This document shows, piece by piece, positions 1 through 8,826 of a stretch of DNA of 41,973 bases. The position numbers and the translations under genes were made by a program. This DNA is from an uncultured Eubacteriales bacterium (GTDB taxonomy: Bacteria; Bacillota; Clostridia; Oscillospirales; Acutalibacteraceae): contig ONEN01000003.1 of NCBI GenBank assembly GCA_900316815.1, forward strand, positions 1 to 41,973, in the 5' to 3' direction. The notes under the pieces are model-generated. The model saw only the letters and a list, made by a program, of their open reading frames with translations. It had not been told where the DNA came from and did not search any database. The first letter of the stretch is position 1. Each line of letters begins with the position of its first letter.

Positions 1-2
1 TG

Positions 3-728
3 TCCGTTTTCGTTCTGGCGGCGCTGCTGCTGTTTTCGGCGCTGTTCGCCGTTTCGGCGGCGGCTTCTCCCGTCATAGACGACAACGCGGACGTATTTAC
101 CGCGGAGCAGGAGGCGGACCTGACCGTCAAAATGGAAACAGCCTGCAACCAAACCGGCTGGCAGCTGATCATTTATTCCTTTGATCAGGGGTTGTCGGGC
201 GACAAGCTCAGAAAATTCTGCGACAATTATTATGACCGCGGCGGCTTTGCCAAGGACGCGATCATGTTCGCCATTGACAACGAATCGGGCAAGCGCAAGA
301 TTCTCGCCTACGGCGACGTAGAGCACTACTTCGACAAAACCAACCGCCTCGACGATATGGCCGACAAGCTTTCGCCCTATACCCAATCGGGCGATATGTA
401 CGGCGCGGCGCAGGTGTTCATCACCGAAACGGAAGCCGTTCACAGCATGGGCAAGCCCAATCTGTTCGTGCTTTCCCTGCAGCGGCGCGGCTGGATATAC
501 GGTCTGATCGCGGCGGCGGCGGGACTGCTCTTCTTCTTCGGCAACCGTTCGCGCTACAAGAATATGGGCAAGGCGGGCACCTACGACCTCAACGCCAACA
601 GCAGCGTCGACGTTGCAGAGTACGCGGATGATTTTGTCACACAGCACACCACCGTGAGAACCATCGAGAGGGACAACAGCTCCTCGGACGGTCACACGAG
701 CGGCGGTCACGCGAGCAAGGATTTTTAA
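3..728 (+). CDS. TPM-domain membrane protein (5' end outside window)
   Basis: The frame is open from position 3: signal-like SVFVLAALLLFSALFAVSAAA, then TPM-type start VIDDNADVFTAEQEADL, one TM helix and a Ser/Gly/His-rich tail. Confidence 0.7.
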   Translation, partial: SVFVLAALLLFSALFAVSAAASPVIDDNADVFTAEQEADLTVKMETACNQTGWQLIIYSFDQGLSGDKLRKFCDNYYDRGGFAKDAIMFAIDNESGKRKILAYGDVEHYFDKTNRLDDMADKLSPYTQSGDMYGAAQVFITETEAVHSMGKPNLFVLSLQRRGWIYGLIAAAAGLLFFFGNRSRYKNMGKAGTYDLNANSSVDVAEYADDFVTQHTTVRTIERDNSSSDGHTSGGHASKDF

Positions 729-743
729 CAACAGCATAGCAGT

Positions 744-864
744 AAAGCTCAAGGCGGAAATTTACCTGACGCCGAGACCGTTACCCTTTGGCACCCGTTA
801 CGGCGGGCGCGTCAGCATGTAAGCATGTTACAGACGGCGGTGAGCTTTTCACCGCCGTTTTTTT
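744..864 (+). promoter_or_regulatory. Putative attenuator/riboswitch-like leader of the hyd maturation operon
   Basis: Stem CTGACGC 766-772 / GCGTCAG 809-815 encloses two CCGTTAC repeats (778-784, 795-801). AAAGCTCA 744-751 is complementary to TGAGCTTT 841-848 inside the downstream terminator. Confidence 0.5.
834..864 (+). terminator. Intrinsic terminator 30 nt upstream of the TM1266-family gene
   Basis: ACGGCGGTGA-GCTTT-TCACCGCCGT with a T7 tract (858-864). Confidence 0.85.
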
Positions 865-893
865 GATATTCACCATACGGAGAACGGAAGTAT

Positions 894-1151
894 ATGGAAC
901 CAACAACGGCAACCCGCGTGGCGGTCATCACCATTATTGTGGAGGAGCCCTCCTGTGTGCCCGCCATCAATGCAATACTCCATTCCGCCGCCGACTGCAT
1001 CATCGGCAGAATGGGCATACCCTACCGCGAAAAGAACATCAGCATCATCAGCGTAGCAGTCGACGCCGATCCAAACGTCATCAATAACATTTCGGGCAAG
1101 CTCGGCAGGCTGTCGGGCGCGACCGTCAAAACAGCTTATTCCAAGAAATAA
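894..1151 (+). CDS. TM1266-family iron-only hydrogenase system putative regulator (ACT-like)
   Basis: 85 aa with TRVAVITIIVE, IIGRMGIPY, ISIISVAVDA and GKLGRLSG-TVK. Its stop overlaps the hydE start. Confidence 0.85.
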   Translation: MEPTTATRVAVITIIVEEPSCVPAINAILHSAADCIIGRMGIPYREKNISIISVAVDADPNVINNISGKLGRLSGATVKTAYSKK

Positions 1152-2194
1152 TGAATATGGAATCCATCATCGAACAACTCAGAACCAACCGTACCGCCTC
1201 GCGGGAGGAGCTTGTCTTTCTGCTGGAAAACTGCGGCGACACCGAGCGCGAGGCGCTTCGCAAGGCGGCGCAGGAGACCGCGCTGGCGCACTTCGGGAAC
1301 AAAATATATATCCGCGGGCTGATAGAGATATCGAGCGTCTGCAAAAACGACTGCTTCTACTGCGGCCTTCGCCGCTCCAACGGGAACGCCGTGCGCTACC
1401 GCCTGACCAAGGAGCAGATTTTGTCGAGCTGCGAAAAGGGCTATGCCCTCGGGTTCCGCACCTTTGTGCTCCAGGGCGGCGAGGACGGCTGCTACACCGA
1501 CGAGGCGGTATGCGATATCGTCCGCTCGATTAAAGAGCGCTTTCCCGACTGCGCCGTCACCCTCTCGCTGGGCGAGCGCGGCGAGGAGAGCTTCCGCCGC
1601 CTGCGCGGGGCGGGAGCGGACAGGTACCTGCTGCGGCACGAAACCGCCGACGAGGCGCATTACGCAAGGCTGCACCCCGCCAATATGAGCGGTGCGGAGC
1701 GGCAGCGGCAGCTGTTTGCCCTCAAGCGGCTCGGCTTTCAGACGGGAGCGGGCTTTATGGTCGGCTCGCCGTACCAGACGACAGAGAACCTCGCAGACGA
1801 TCTGCTCTTTCTCAAGCGCCTGGAGCCGCAGATGTGCGGCATCGGACCCTTTATTCCGCACAAGGACACGGATTTCCGCGATATGCCGCAGGGCAGCCTG
1901 ACCATGACCCTCACGCTGCTGGCGATCATCCGTCTGATGCACCCGCGGATCCTGCTGCCCGCCACCACCGCGCTGGGCACGATCCATCCCAAGGGCAGGG
2001 AAATGGGCATTCTGTACGGTGCGAACGTCGTCATGCCCAATCTGTCGCCCAAGGAGCACCGCAAGGACTACGCCCTCTATGACAATAAAATCTGCACGGG
2101 CGACGAAGCCGCCGAGTGTATCCGCTGCCTGTCGGCGCGTATGCGCTCCATCGGGTATCAAATCGTCACCGACCGCGGCGATTACAGAGAATAA
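1151..2194 (+). CDS. hydE: [FeFe] hydrogenase H-cluster radical SAM maturase HydE
   Basis: RGLIEISSVCKNDCFYC motif, TFVLQGGED, GIGPFIPH, PATTALGT, GANVVMPN, Y-LYDNK. Confidence 0.95.
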   Translation: MNMESIIEQLRTNRTASREELVFLLENCGDTEREALRKAAQETALAHFGNKIYIRGLIEISSVCKNDCFYCGLRRSNGNAVRYRLTKEQILSSCEKGYALGFRTFVLQGGEDGCYTDEAVCDIVRSIKERFPDCAVTLSLGERGEESFRRLRGAGADRYLLRHETADEAHYARLHPANMSGAERQRQLFALKRLGFQTGAGFMVGSPYQTTENLADDLLFLKRLEPQMCGIGPFIPHKDTDFRDMPQGSLTMTLTLLAIIRLMHPRILLPATTALGTIHPKGREMGILYGANVVMPNLSPKEHRKDYALYDNKICTGDEAAECIRCLSARMRSIGYQIVTDRGDYRE

Positions 2195-2250
2195 AAGATG
2201 AATTTTGCATAAAGGATAAAATCAGAATAAACCATAAGGAGAATACGATC

Positions 2251-3678
2251 ATGGCACTTTACGACCCGAAATCCCTCAAGGCAGAGGAATTTATCAACGA
2301 CGAAGAAATTCAGGCGTCCCTGCAGTACGCCGACGAAAACAAGGACAATTTTGACCTGATCGATCAGATCATCGCCAAGGCGAAGCTGCGCAAGGGCATT
2401 TCGCACCGCGAGGCAAGCGTTTTGCTCGCCTGCGAGGACGAGGCGAAGCTCAGGGAAATCTACGCCCTCGCCGAGCAGATCAAAAAGGACTTCTACGGCG
2501 ACCGCATCGTCATGTTCGCGCCGCTCTACCTGTCCAACTACTGCGTCAACGGCTGCGTTTACTGCCCCTATCACGCCAAAAACAAGCACATCTGCCGCAA
2601 AAAGCTCACGCAGGACGAGGTGAGAGCGGAGGTGATCGCGCTGCAGGATATGGGTCACAAGCGCCTTGCGATCGAGTCGGGCGAGGACCCTGTCAACAAC
2701 CCCATCGAATACATCCTGGAATGTATCGACACCATCTATTCCATCAAGCATAAGAACGGCGCCATCCGCCGCGTCAACGTCAACATCGCCGCCACCACGG
2801 TGGAGAACTATAAAAAGCTCCACGACGCGGGCATCGGCACCTATATCCTGTTCCAGGAGACCTACCACAAGAAGAGCTACGAGGCGCTGCACCCCACGGG
2901 ACCCAAGCACAACTACGCCTATCACACCGAGGCGATGGACCGCGCCATGGAGGGCGGCATTGACGACGTCGGTCTGGGCGTGCTCTTCGGTCTGGAGCTG
3001 TACCGCTACGAGCTGGCGGGACTGCTGATGCACGCCGAGCACCTGGAGGCTGTTCACGGCGTGGGACCGCACACCATCAGCGTGCCGCGCATCCAGCCCG
3101 CCGACGACATCGACCCGGGCGACTTTGACAACGGCATTGACGACGACACCTTTGCCAAGCTGATCGCCATCATCCGCATCGCGGTTCCCTACACGGGCAT
3201 GATCATCTCCACCCGCGAGAGCGCCGAGGTGCGCAAAAAAGCGCTGCGCCTGGGCATTTCGCAGATCAGCGGCGGCTCGCGCACCAGCGTGGGCGGCTAT
3301 GTGGAGGAGGAAAAGGAGGAGGAGAACTCCTCGCAGTTTGACGTTTCCGACCGCCGCACGCTCGACGAGGTAGTGCGCTGGCTGATGGAGCTGGGCTACA
3401 TTCCGTCCTTCTGCACCGCCTGCTACCGCGAGGGAAGAACGGGCGACCGCTTTATGGCCCTGTGCAAGAGCGGACAGATACAGAACTGCTGCCATCCCAA
3501 CGCGCTGATGACCCTGGAGGAGTACCTGGTGGACTATGCCTCTCCCGAGACCCGCGCCATCGGTGAAAAGGTGATCGCCGAGCAGCTCAACAATATTCCG
3601 AAGGAGAAGGTGCGGCAGATCGCCGGAAAATACATTGAGGAAATCAAAAACAACGGCAAGCGCGATTTCCGTTTCTAA
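2251..3678 (+). CDS. hydG: [FeFe] hydrogenase H-cluster radical SAM maturase HydG
   Basis: FAPLYLSNYCVNGCVYC and C-terminal PSFCTACYR...C auxiliary cluster motif, ending RDFRF. SD AAGGAG precedes ATG 2251. Confidence 0.95.
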   Translation: MALYDPKSLKAEEFINDEEIQASLQYADENKDNFDLIDQIIAKAKLRKGISHREASVLLACEDEAKLREIYALAEQIKKDFYGDRIVMFAPLYLSNYCVNGCVYCPYHAKNKHICRKKLTQDEVRAEVIALQDMGHKRLAIESGEDPVNNPIEYILECIDTIYSIKHKNGAIRRVNVNIAATTVENYKKLHDAGIGTYILFQETYHKKSYEALHPTGPKHNYAYHTEAMDRAMEGGIDDVGLGVLFGLELYRYELAGLLMHAEHLEAVHGVGPHTISVPRIQPADDIDPGDFDNGIDDDTFAKLIAIIRIAVPYTGMIISTRESAEVRKKALRLGISQISGGSRTSVGGYVEEEKEEENSSQFDVSDRRTLDEVVRWLMELGYIPSFCTACYREGRTGDRFMALCKSGQIQNCCHPNALMTLEEYLVDYASPETRAIGEKVIAEQLNNIPKEKVRQIAGKYIEEIKNNGKRDFRF

Positions 3679-3707
3679 AAGAGTTACCGATAAGAGGTGA
3701 AGAGGAT

Positions 3708-4898
3708 ATGTCGCTGAATTCAACTCCCTCGGGCGAGAGGATTCACATCGGCTTTTTCGGCAGGCGCAACGCGGGCAAATCGAGCCTGGTCAACGCCTTT
3801 ACCAACCAACCGCTCTCGGTGGTGTCCGACGTAAAGGGCACCACCACCGACCCTGTTTCCAAGGCGATGGAGCTGCTGCCCCTCGGCCCGGTAATGATTA
3901 TCGACACCCCGGGCTTTGACGACGAGGGCTCCCTGGGCGAGGAGCGCGTCCGCCGCGCCAAACGGGTGCTCAACCATGTGGACGTGGCGGTGCTGGTGGT
4001 GGACGGCGCCGTGGGCAAAACAGCCGCCGACCGCCAGCTGATTGAAATATTCCAAAAAAAGCAGATCCCCTACCTGATCGCCTATAACAAGAGCGACCTG
4101 GCAGGGGAGGAGCCGTCGGACGGCATCGCCGTCAGCGCGCTGCGCAAAACCAATATTGAGCAGTTAAAGGAGGCGGTGGCGCACCTGGTCAGGACGGACG
4201 GCGAGGATAAGCACATCTGCGCCGATCTGGTCAACTACGGCGATCCGGTGGTGCTGGTGGTGCCGATCGACAAGGCGGCGCCCAAGGGCAGACTCATCCT
4301 GCCCCAGCAGCAGACCATCCGCGACCTGCTCGACGCGGGCGCGGTGCCGGTAGTCTGCCGCGACGAGGAGCTGGCGCTCACGCTGCTGAAGCTCAGCGCG
4401 CAGCCGAAGCTGGTCATCACCGACAGCCAGGCGTTCGGGCGCGTCAAGGATATTGTCCCGGCAAGCGTGCCGCTCACCTCGTTTTCGATTCTGATGGCGC
4501 GCTACAAGGGCTTTTTGCAAAGCGCCGTGGCGGGCGCGGCGGCGATTGAAAAGCTGCGCGACCGCAGCCGCGTATTGATTGCCGAGGGCTGCACCCATCA
4601 CCGCCAGTGCGACGACATCGGCACGGTGAAGCTGCCCTGTATGCTCAGGCGGTACACGGGCAAATCCATCTCCATAGAAACCAGCTCGGGAAAGGGCTTC
4701 CCGGAGGATTTGACTCCCTATGACCTGATCATCCACTGCGGCGGCTGTATGCTCAACGAGCGCGAGGTCGCCTACCGCCGCAAGTGCGCGGAGGACAGCG
4801 GCGTACCCTTTACCAACTACGGCACCGCGCTGGCATATATGCAGGGAATCTTAAAGCGCACCCTCGGTGTGTTTCCCGATTTGTGCAAAACTATATAG
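3708..4898 (+). CDS. hydF: [FeFe] hydrogenase maturation GTPase HydF
   Basis: P-loop GRRNAGKSS, GTTTDPV, DTPG, NKSD; Fe-S motifs EGCTHH and HCGGCM. Confidence 0.95.
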   Translation: MSLNSTPSGERIHIGFFGRRNAGKSSLVNAFTNQPLSVVSDVKGTTTDPVSKAMELLPLGPVMIIDTPGFDDEGSLGEERVRRAKRVLNHVDVAVLVVDGAVGKTAADRQLIEIFQKKQIPYLIAYNKSDLAGEEPSDGIAVSALRKTNIEQLKEAVAHLVRTDGEDKHICADLVNYGDPVVLVVPIDKAAPKGRLILPQQQTIRDLLDAGAVPVVCRDEELALTLLKLSAQPKLVITDSQAFGRVKDIVPASVPLTSFSILMARYKGFLQSAVAGAAAIEKLRDRSRVLIAEGCTHHRQCDDIGTVKLPCMLRRYTGKSISIETSSGKGFPEDLTPYDLIIHCGGCMLNEREVAYRRKCAEDSGVPFTNYGTALAYMQGILKRTLGVFPDLCKTI

Positions 4899-4899
4899 T

Positions 4900-4931
4900 A
4901 TAAAATAAGCCGGCGCGTTTGCCGCGCCGGC
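4900..4931 (-). terminator. Hairpin between convergent hydF and DUF6062-like genes
   Basis: GCCGGCGCG 4909-4917 / CGCGCCGGC 4923-4931, with a U-rich tail on the minus strand. Confidence 0.5.
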
Positions 4932-4955
4932 GCAGGGAGAAGGGACGGAAGTCAA

Positions 4956-5166
4956 TTTTGAGAACGGAATGGCTTACACAATGCCGCAAAGCGGCAATTC
5001 ATGTGCCTCAGGCACAATTCATTACGCAGTAAATTCATGCCGCTCAGCGGCAATTCATTCCTGTGCCGACGCAGGGTAACGCTTGCAGCGTTTTCTATAA
5101 CGGAAACCGTTAATTCAGGAATGAATAGCACCTTCGGTGCATGAATTGGCTTCGCCATGAATTGCC
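4956..5166. repeat. REP/BIME-like array of mini-hairpins linked by AATTCAT
   Basis: AATTCAT at 4996, 5016, 5032 and 5052, each after a short palindrome. Inverted copies ATGAAT(T/A) at 5121, 5141 and 5157 also alternate with palindromes. Confidence 0.75.
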
Positions 5167-5178
5167 ATTGTTGCCGCG

Positions 5179-5874
5179 TTAGGTTGCGGCGGGCTTCTCT
5201 TTTGTCAGAAACTCAATGCTGCGCTCAATGGCGTCCACCGAGGTGCCCCAGTCCTGCCCCTTGTTGCGGTAGTCGAACATCGTCACAAAGTGGGAAATGT
5301 CCTTTTTCAGCGTTTCCAGATATTGCTTGACCAGTGCCAGCGTATCCTCGTGGAACGCGGGGAGCTGCTTGGAGGGCACGCCGCCCTTGCCCGCGGCGGC
5401 GGTCATCAGCAGGCGGTAATGGTTCAGGCAGATGAACGGCTGGTCGCGGTAGGTTTGGGTGAACTCCTGTCCCTTCGCCCACTCGGCGAACACAATGGCG
5501 ATCAGGTGCAGCATGTCCTTTTCCACGCGGTCGCACACATAGCAGGAGTTGAGCATGGTTCCCAGCGCCTCCAGCTGCTTTTTGTCGGGTTTGCCTGCCT
5601 TCTTGGGCATGTGGTTCTCCAGTATCTCCTGCAGATGGCTTTCGAGTATCAGCGCGTTCGGCAGCCTTTGCCCCACCTGCGTCATTTTGGCGTAGTGGCG
5701 GTGGCAGAAGCCCTTCTTGTTTGTTTCAACGCGCACGGACGGCTCCATCATGGCGTCGCCCGTCACAAATGTGCAGTACTGCTCCTCCAGCATGTGCTCC
5801 ATGCGGCAGAGCGGACAGCCGTCGCGCGGTGCAAAAAGGTCGTTAATTGGTATAGTGACAATGGTTTCCTTCAT
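5179..5874 (-). CDS. Conserved hypothetical protein, DUF6062-like, with two Cys/His metal-binding repeats
   Basis: CPLC...GFCHRH and CYVC...ICLNH; SD GGAGGT. Confidence 0.65.
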   Translation of the reverse strand: MKETIVTIPINDLFAPRDGCPLCRMEHMLEEQYCTFVTGDAMMEPSVRVETNKKGFCHRHYAKMTQVGQRLPNALILESHLQEILENHMPKKAGKPDKKQLEALGTMLNSCYVCDRVEKDMLHLIAIVFAEWAKGQEFTQTYRDQPFICLNHYRLLMTAAAGKGGVPSKQLPAFHEDTLALVKQYLETLKKDISHFVTMFDYRNKGQDWGTSVDAIERSIEFLTKEKPAAT

Positions 5875-6040
5875 TTCCTGTACCTCCTTGGCAAAAAATT
5901 GTTGTTTATGGATAATATGACAAAAAATTACTATTGAGACAGGCGTTCGAGCCTTTGGGTATCTGCTTTTCGATAAAATAAGTATAGCATATTTTATTAA
6001 ATTGTGCTATAATATCGTAAAAATTAATGCGGAGAACCTT

Positions 6041-6862
6041 ATGATTGTTTTTCACGGCATCACCGACCTTGACCTTGCCCAGACGCTTGACTGCGGCCAG
6101 TGCTTCCGCTGGGGCAAAAATCCCGACGGCTCCTTTTCGGGCGTGGCGTTCGGGCAGTGTGTTACCGTTTCTATGGACGGCTCGGATTTAACGGTGGACG
6201 GCGCGGACGAGGGCGACCGCGAGCGCTGGCAGCGCTATTTTGACCTCGGCGCCGACTACGCGCAAATGCGTCAAACGCTGAGCGCGCTGCATCCCGTACT
6301 GAAGGAAGCGGCGGAGTATGCGGGCGGCATCCGTATTCTGCGGCAGGAGCCGTACGAGGCGCTCTGCACCTTTATTATTTCACAGAACAACAATATCGCG
6401 CGTATCAAGGGAATCGTGCAGCGGCTTTGCGAATGCTGCGGCGAGAGGCTGCCCGACGGCAGCTTTGCGTTCCCGACGGCGGAGGTAATGAGCCGCCTGA
6501 GCGCCGACGATCTGGCGCCGCTGCGGGCGGGCTTTCGGACGCGCTATCTGCTTGACGCCGCGCGCAGAGTGAGCGCGGGCGAGGTGGACCTTGCCTTTTG
6601 CGAAACCGCTCCCTACGAAGCGGCGCGCGCCGAGCTGATGAAGATTACGGGCGTGGGCGTGAAGGTGGCAGACTGCACGCTGCTGTTCGGTATGCACCGC
6701 ACCGAGGCGTTTCCGCTGGATGTGTGGATGAAGCGCGCAATGGCAAATCTTTTTCCCGAAATAGCGCCTTCTGCCTTTGGAGACTGTGCCGGAGTGGCGC
6801 AGCAGTATATTTTTCATTACAGCCGAATGCATCCCGAATTGTTTTCAAAGAATGATAATTAG
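6041..6862 (+). CDS. 8-oxoguanine DNA glycosylase (Ogg1-like HhH-GPD family)
   Basis: TLDCGQCFRW, GIRILRQEP, FIISQNNNIARI, HhH motif ITGVGVKVADC, AFPLDVW. Confidence 0.9.
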   Translation: MIVFHGITDLDLAQTLDCGQCFRWGKNPDGSFSGVAFGQCVTVSMDGSDLTVDGADEGDRERWQRYFDLGADYAQMRQTLSALHPVLKEAAEYAGGIRILRQEPYEALCTFIISQNNNIARIKGIVQRLCECCGERLPDGSFAFPTAEVMSRLSADDLAPLRAGFRTRYLLDAARRVSAGEVDLAFCETAPYEAARAELMKITGVGVKVADCTLLFGMHRTEAFPLDVWMKRAMANLFPEIAPSAFGDCAGVAQQYIFHYSRMHPELFSKNDN

Positions 6863-6970
6863 GGCAATATGCACTATTATTTTATATATTTTTGTGCAAA
6901 CAGCCGAAATCAACTGTGAGAACTGACAAAATATCCGAGAATATTTTTACCGTAAATTTTTCACATTCAA

Positions 6971-6999
6971 TTGCGAGATTTGTTTGTCTATGGTATAAT
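6971..6999 (+). promoter_or_regulatory. Sigma-A promoter with extended -10
   Basis: TTGCGA (6971-6976), 17-nt spacer, TATAAT (6994-6999) preceded by TGn. Confidence 0.7.
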
Positions 7000-7061
7000 C
7001 ATGCCAGATAGTAGGTCAAAAGCCTAAATCGGAAAATTTATTTAGAAGAGGAGCAATTAAC

Positions 7062-8516
7062 ATGAGAGCACTGAAAAGAACCGTTTCCGTTCTGCTTTCT
7101 TTGATGCTGGTCCTTGGCATGGTAGCTATGGGCGCAGGCACAGTGAGCGCAGCGGAAACCAACACCATCACCGTTTCATCCAACATCGCATCCACCGTGA
7201 CGCAAACCTACACACCCGGTGTCAGCGAGCAGGTGACTGTTACCTATGCCATGAAGGTCAATCAGCCTGTGGTAGAGGGACAGGGCGTCGTTACGTTTGA
7301 CAAAAACGTACTGAAGGTTGCTTCCGGCAACACCGCCACCACCTTCTATGCCGACCTGACAGGCGGCGCTAAGGTTGTTAACCTTGAGAAGACCGACGGC
7401 AGAATCCCCTTCAACTTCTCCAACACCGCTTCCTATGACATGACCGCAAATACCAAGTTTGTGTCTGTTGTGTTCGACATCATCGGTACGGGCGACACCA
7501 CCGTTAACCTCAACATGGAGGTTCTCACGGTAACCAAGGGCGACCCCACCAAGCTTGCCGACGACGTTGTTGTAATTGACGACGATGTTAACGACACCAC
7601 CGCTTATACTGCGGCCACGGAAGGAAAGGTTACTCCCGAGCAGTCGCTGGCTGATTTCAGCAACTTCCTTTACAGATACCGCACCTACCTCGACGGTAAG
7701 GTAAGCCTCTCCTATGTGTTCTACAAGAACCCCAGAGGCGGCTTTGATCCCTCTACCCTGAGCGTAAGATTCTCCGGCCCCGCCGAGCTGACCGACCAGA
7801 ACAAGACTGTTGCTTACTCCTCCATTCCCGTGAGCAGCAACGCGCTCAACAGATATGAGTATCAGATGTACTCCGCAATGTTCAGCCAGCCCGTTACCTG
7901 CGAGATTCTCCAGAATGGTCAGGTTATCGCGAAGGACACCTACTCCATTGAGCAGTACGTAATTGATAACATCGGTTCCGCCAACGATAAGCTGGCTACC
8001 CTCTACAAGACGCTGCTTAACTTCGGTGCGAAGGCGCAGACTCAGTTCAACAAGTTCACCGACGCTCCTGCCGACAGAAATATCGACTACACCATGCAGC
8101 AGATCACTGCCGACGACATTACCCTGCCCGCAGGCGTAGGCGAGAAGCCCGACCTCACCGACATCGGTCTGAAGTTCTACAAAGAGAGCGGCGCATATCT
8201 CGCGGCGACCGACCTGAAGGTTATCTATCAGGTTAAGGATAAGACCTTGTTCGCCAACGCTTCCGCTACACTGGACGGCGAAGCGCTTCCCTTCACCAAT
8301 TACAACACCAGCGGTACCGCGCAGCAGCTGACGATTGATACCATCGCTTCTCCGCTGCTGGATAAGGCGTTCGAGATCACGTTCAACAACGGCAAGGTTT
8401 ACAAGACCTCCATCCTGGCACAGGTAAAGACCAAGCTGGCTGAGGATCCCACCAATCAGTTCTATATGGCTGTTTATTGGTACAACCAGGCTGCTAACGC
8501 ATACTTTAACAAGTAA
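7062..8516 (+). CDS. Secreted/surface protein: cohesin-like beta-sandwich plus a C-terminal twofold internally repeated domain
   Basis: Signal peptide MRALKRTVSVLLSLMLVLG...VSA; beta-strand-rich N domain; repeats YSIEQY...LLNFGAKAQTQF and TSILAQ...VYWYNQAANAYF. SD GAGGAG; codon usage resembles dnaK. Confidence 0.65.
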   Translation: MRALKRTVSVLLSLMLVLGMVAMGAGTVSAAETNTITVSSNIASTVTQTYTPGVSEQVTVTYAMKVNQPVVEGQGVVTFDKNVLKVASGNTATTFYADLTGGAKVVNLEKTDGRIPFNFSNTASYDMTANTKFVSVVFDIIGTGDTTVNLNMEVLTVTKGDPTKLADDVVVIDDDVNDTTAYTAATEGKVTPEQSLADFSNFLYRYRTYLDGKVSLSYVFYKNPRGGFDPSTLSVRFSGPAELTDQNKTVAYSSIPVSSNALNRYEYQMYSAMFSQPVTCEILQNGQVIAKDTYSIEQYVIDNIGSANDKLATLYKTLLNFGAKAQTQFNKFTDAPADRNIDYTMQQITADDITLPAGVGEKPDLTDIGLKFYKESGAYLAATDLKVIYQVKDKTLFANASATLDGEALPFTNYNTSGTAQQLTIDTIASPLLDKAFEITFNNGKVYKTSILAQVKTKLAEDPTNQFYMAVYWYNQAANAYFNK

Positions 8517-8573
8517 TTCAAGCGATTAAATGAAAATTTAATATTCATACCTAAAAAAGGAGGTGTAATAGAG

Positions 8574-8699
8574 TTGAAATACATGAAGGCTATGATGGAT
8601 ATCGTAGAGCTGGAGGTTGAGGACGTTGTTCTGACCAGCGGCTGTGAGGACGATGAGTGCCTCGAGGACGGTGCGTTGCCCTGCGATTACGATGCGTAA
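8574..8699 (+). CDS. 41-aa putative RiPP precursor peptide (absent from the ORF track)
   Basis: SD AAGGAGGTG 8557-8565, TTG start; MKYMKAMMDIVELEVEDVVLTSGCEDDECLEDGALPCDYDA. Directly upstream of an rSAM/SPASM gene. Confidence 0.8.
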   Translation: MKYMKAMMDIVELEVEDVVLTSGCEDDECLEDGALPCDYDA

Positions 8700-8710
8700 T
8701 TGCCATTGTT

Positions 8711-8757
8711 AAAACATAAGCTGCTGCGCTCGGTCGAGTGCAGCAGCTTATTGTTTT
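8711..8757 (+). terminator. Strong hairpin between peptide and rSAM genes (leaky terminator or stabiliser)
   Basis: 16-bp stem ATAAGCTGCTGCGCTC / GAGTGCAGCAGCTTAT with one G-U pair, followed by TGTTTT. Confidence 0.75.
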
Positions 8758-8826
8758 GCAGACAGATGAACACTGTTACGGCAAGGTATTGCCTTGCGCT
8801 GAATAATAATACGAAAGAAATACAGG

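Noticed and set aside
894-4898. hydEGF without hydA as a novelty
   Set aside because: Maturase operons unlinked to hydA are common in Clostridia.
4956-5166. Mini-CRISPR, or the 68-aa ORF 4952-5158
   Set aside because: The constant part is only 7 nt and the variable parts are palindromes; the ORF is just a translation of the repeats.
8574-8699. Lasso peptide interpretation (Thr at -2, Gly1, Glu9)
   Set aside because: No lasso cyclase or B-protein in the window and no YxxP leader motif; the adjacent enzyme is an rSAM/SPASM protein.
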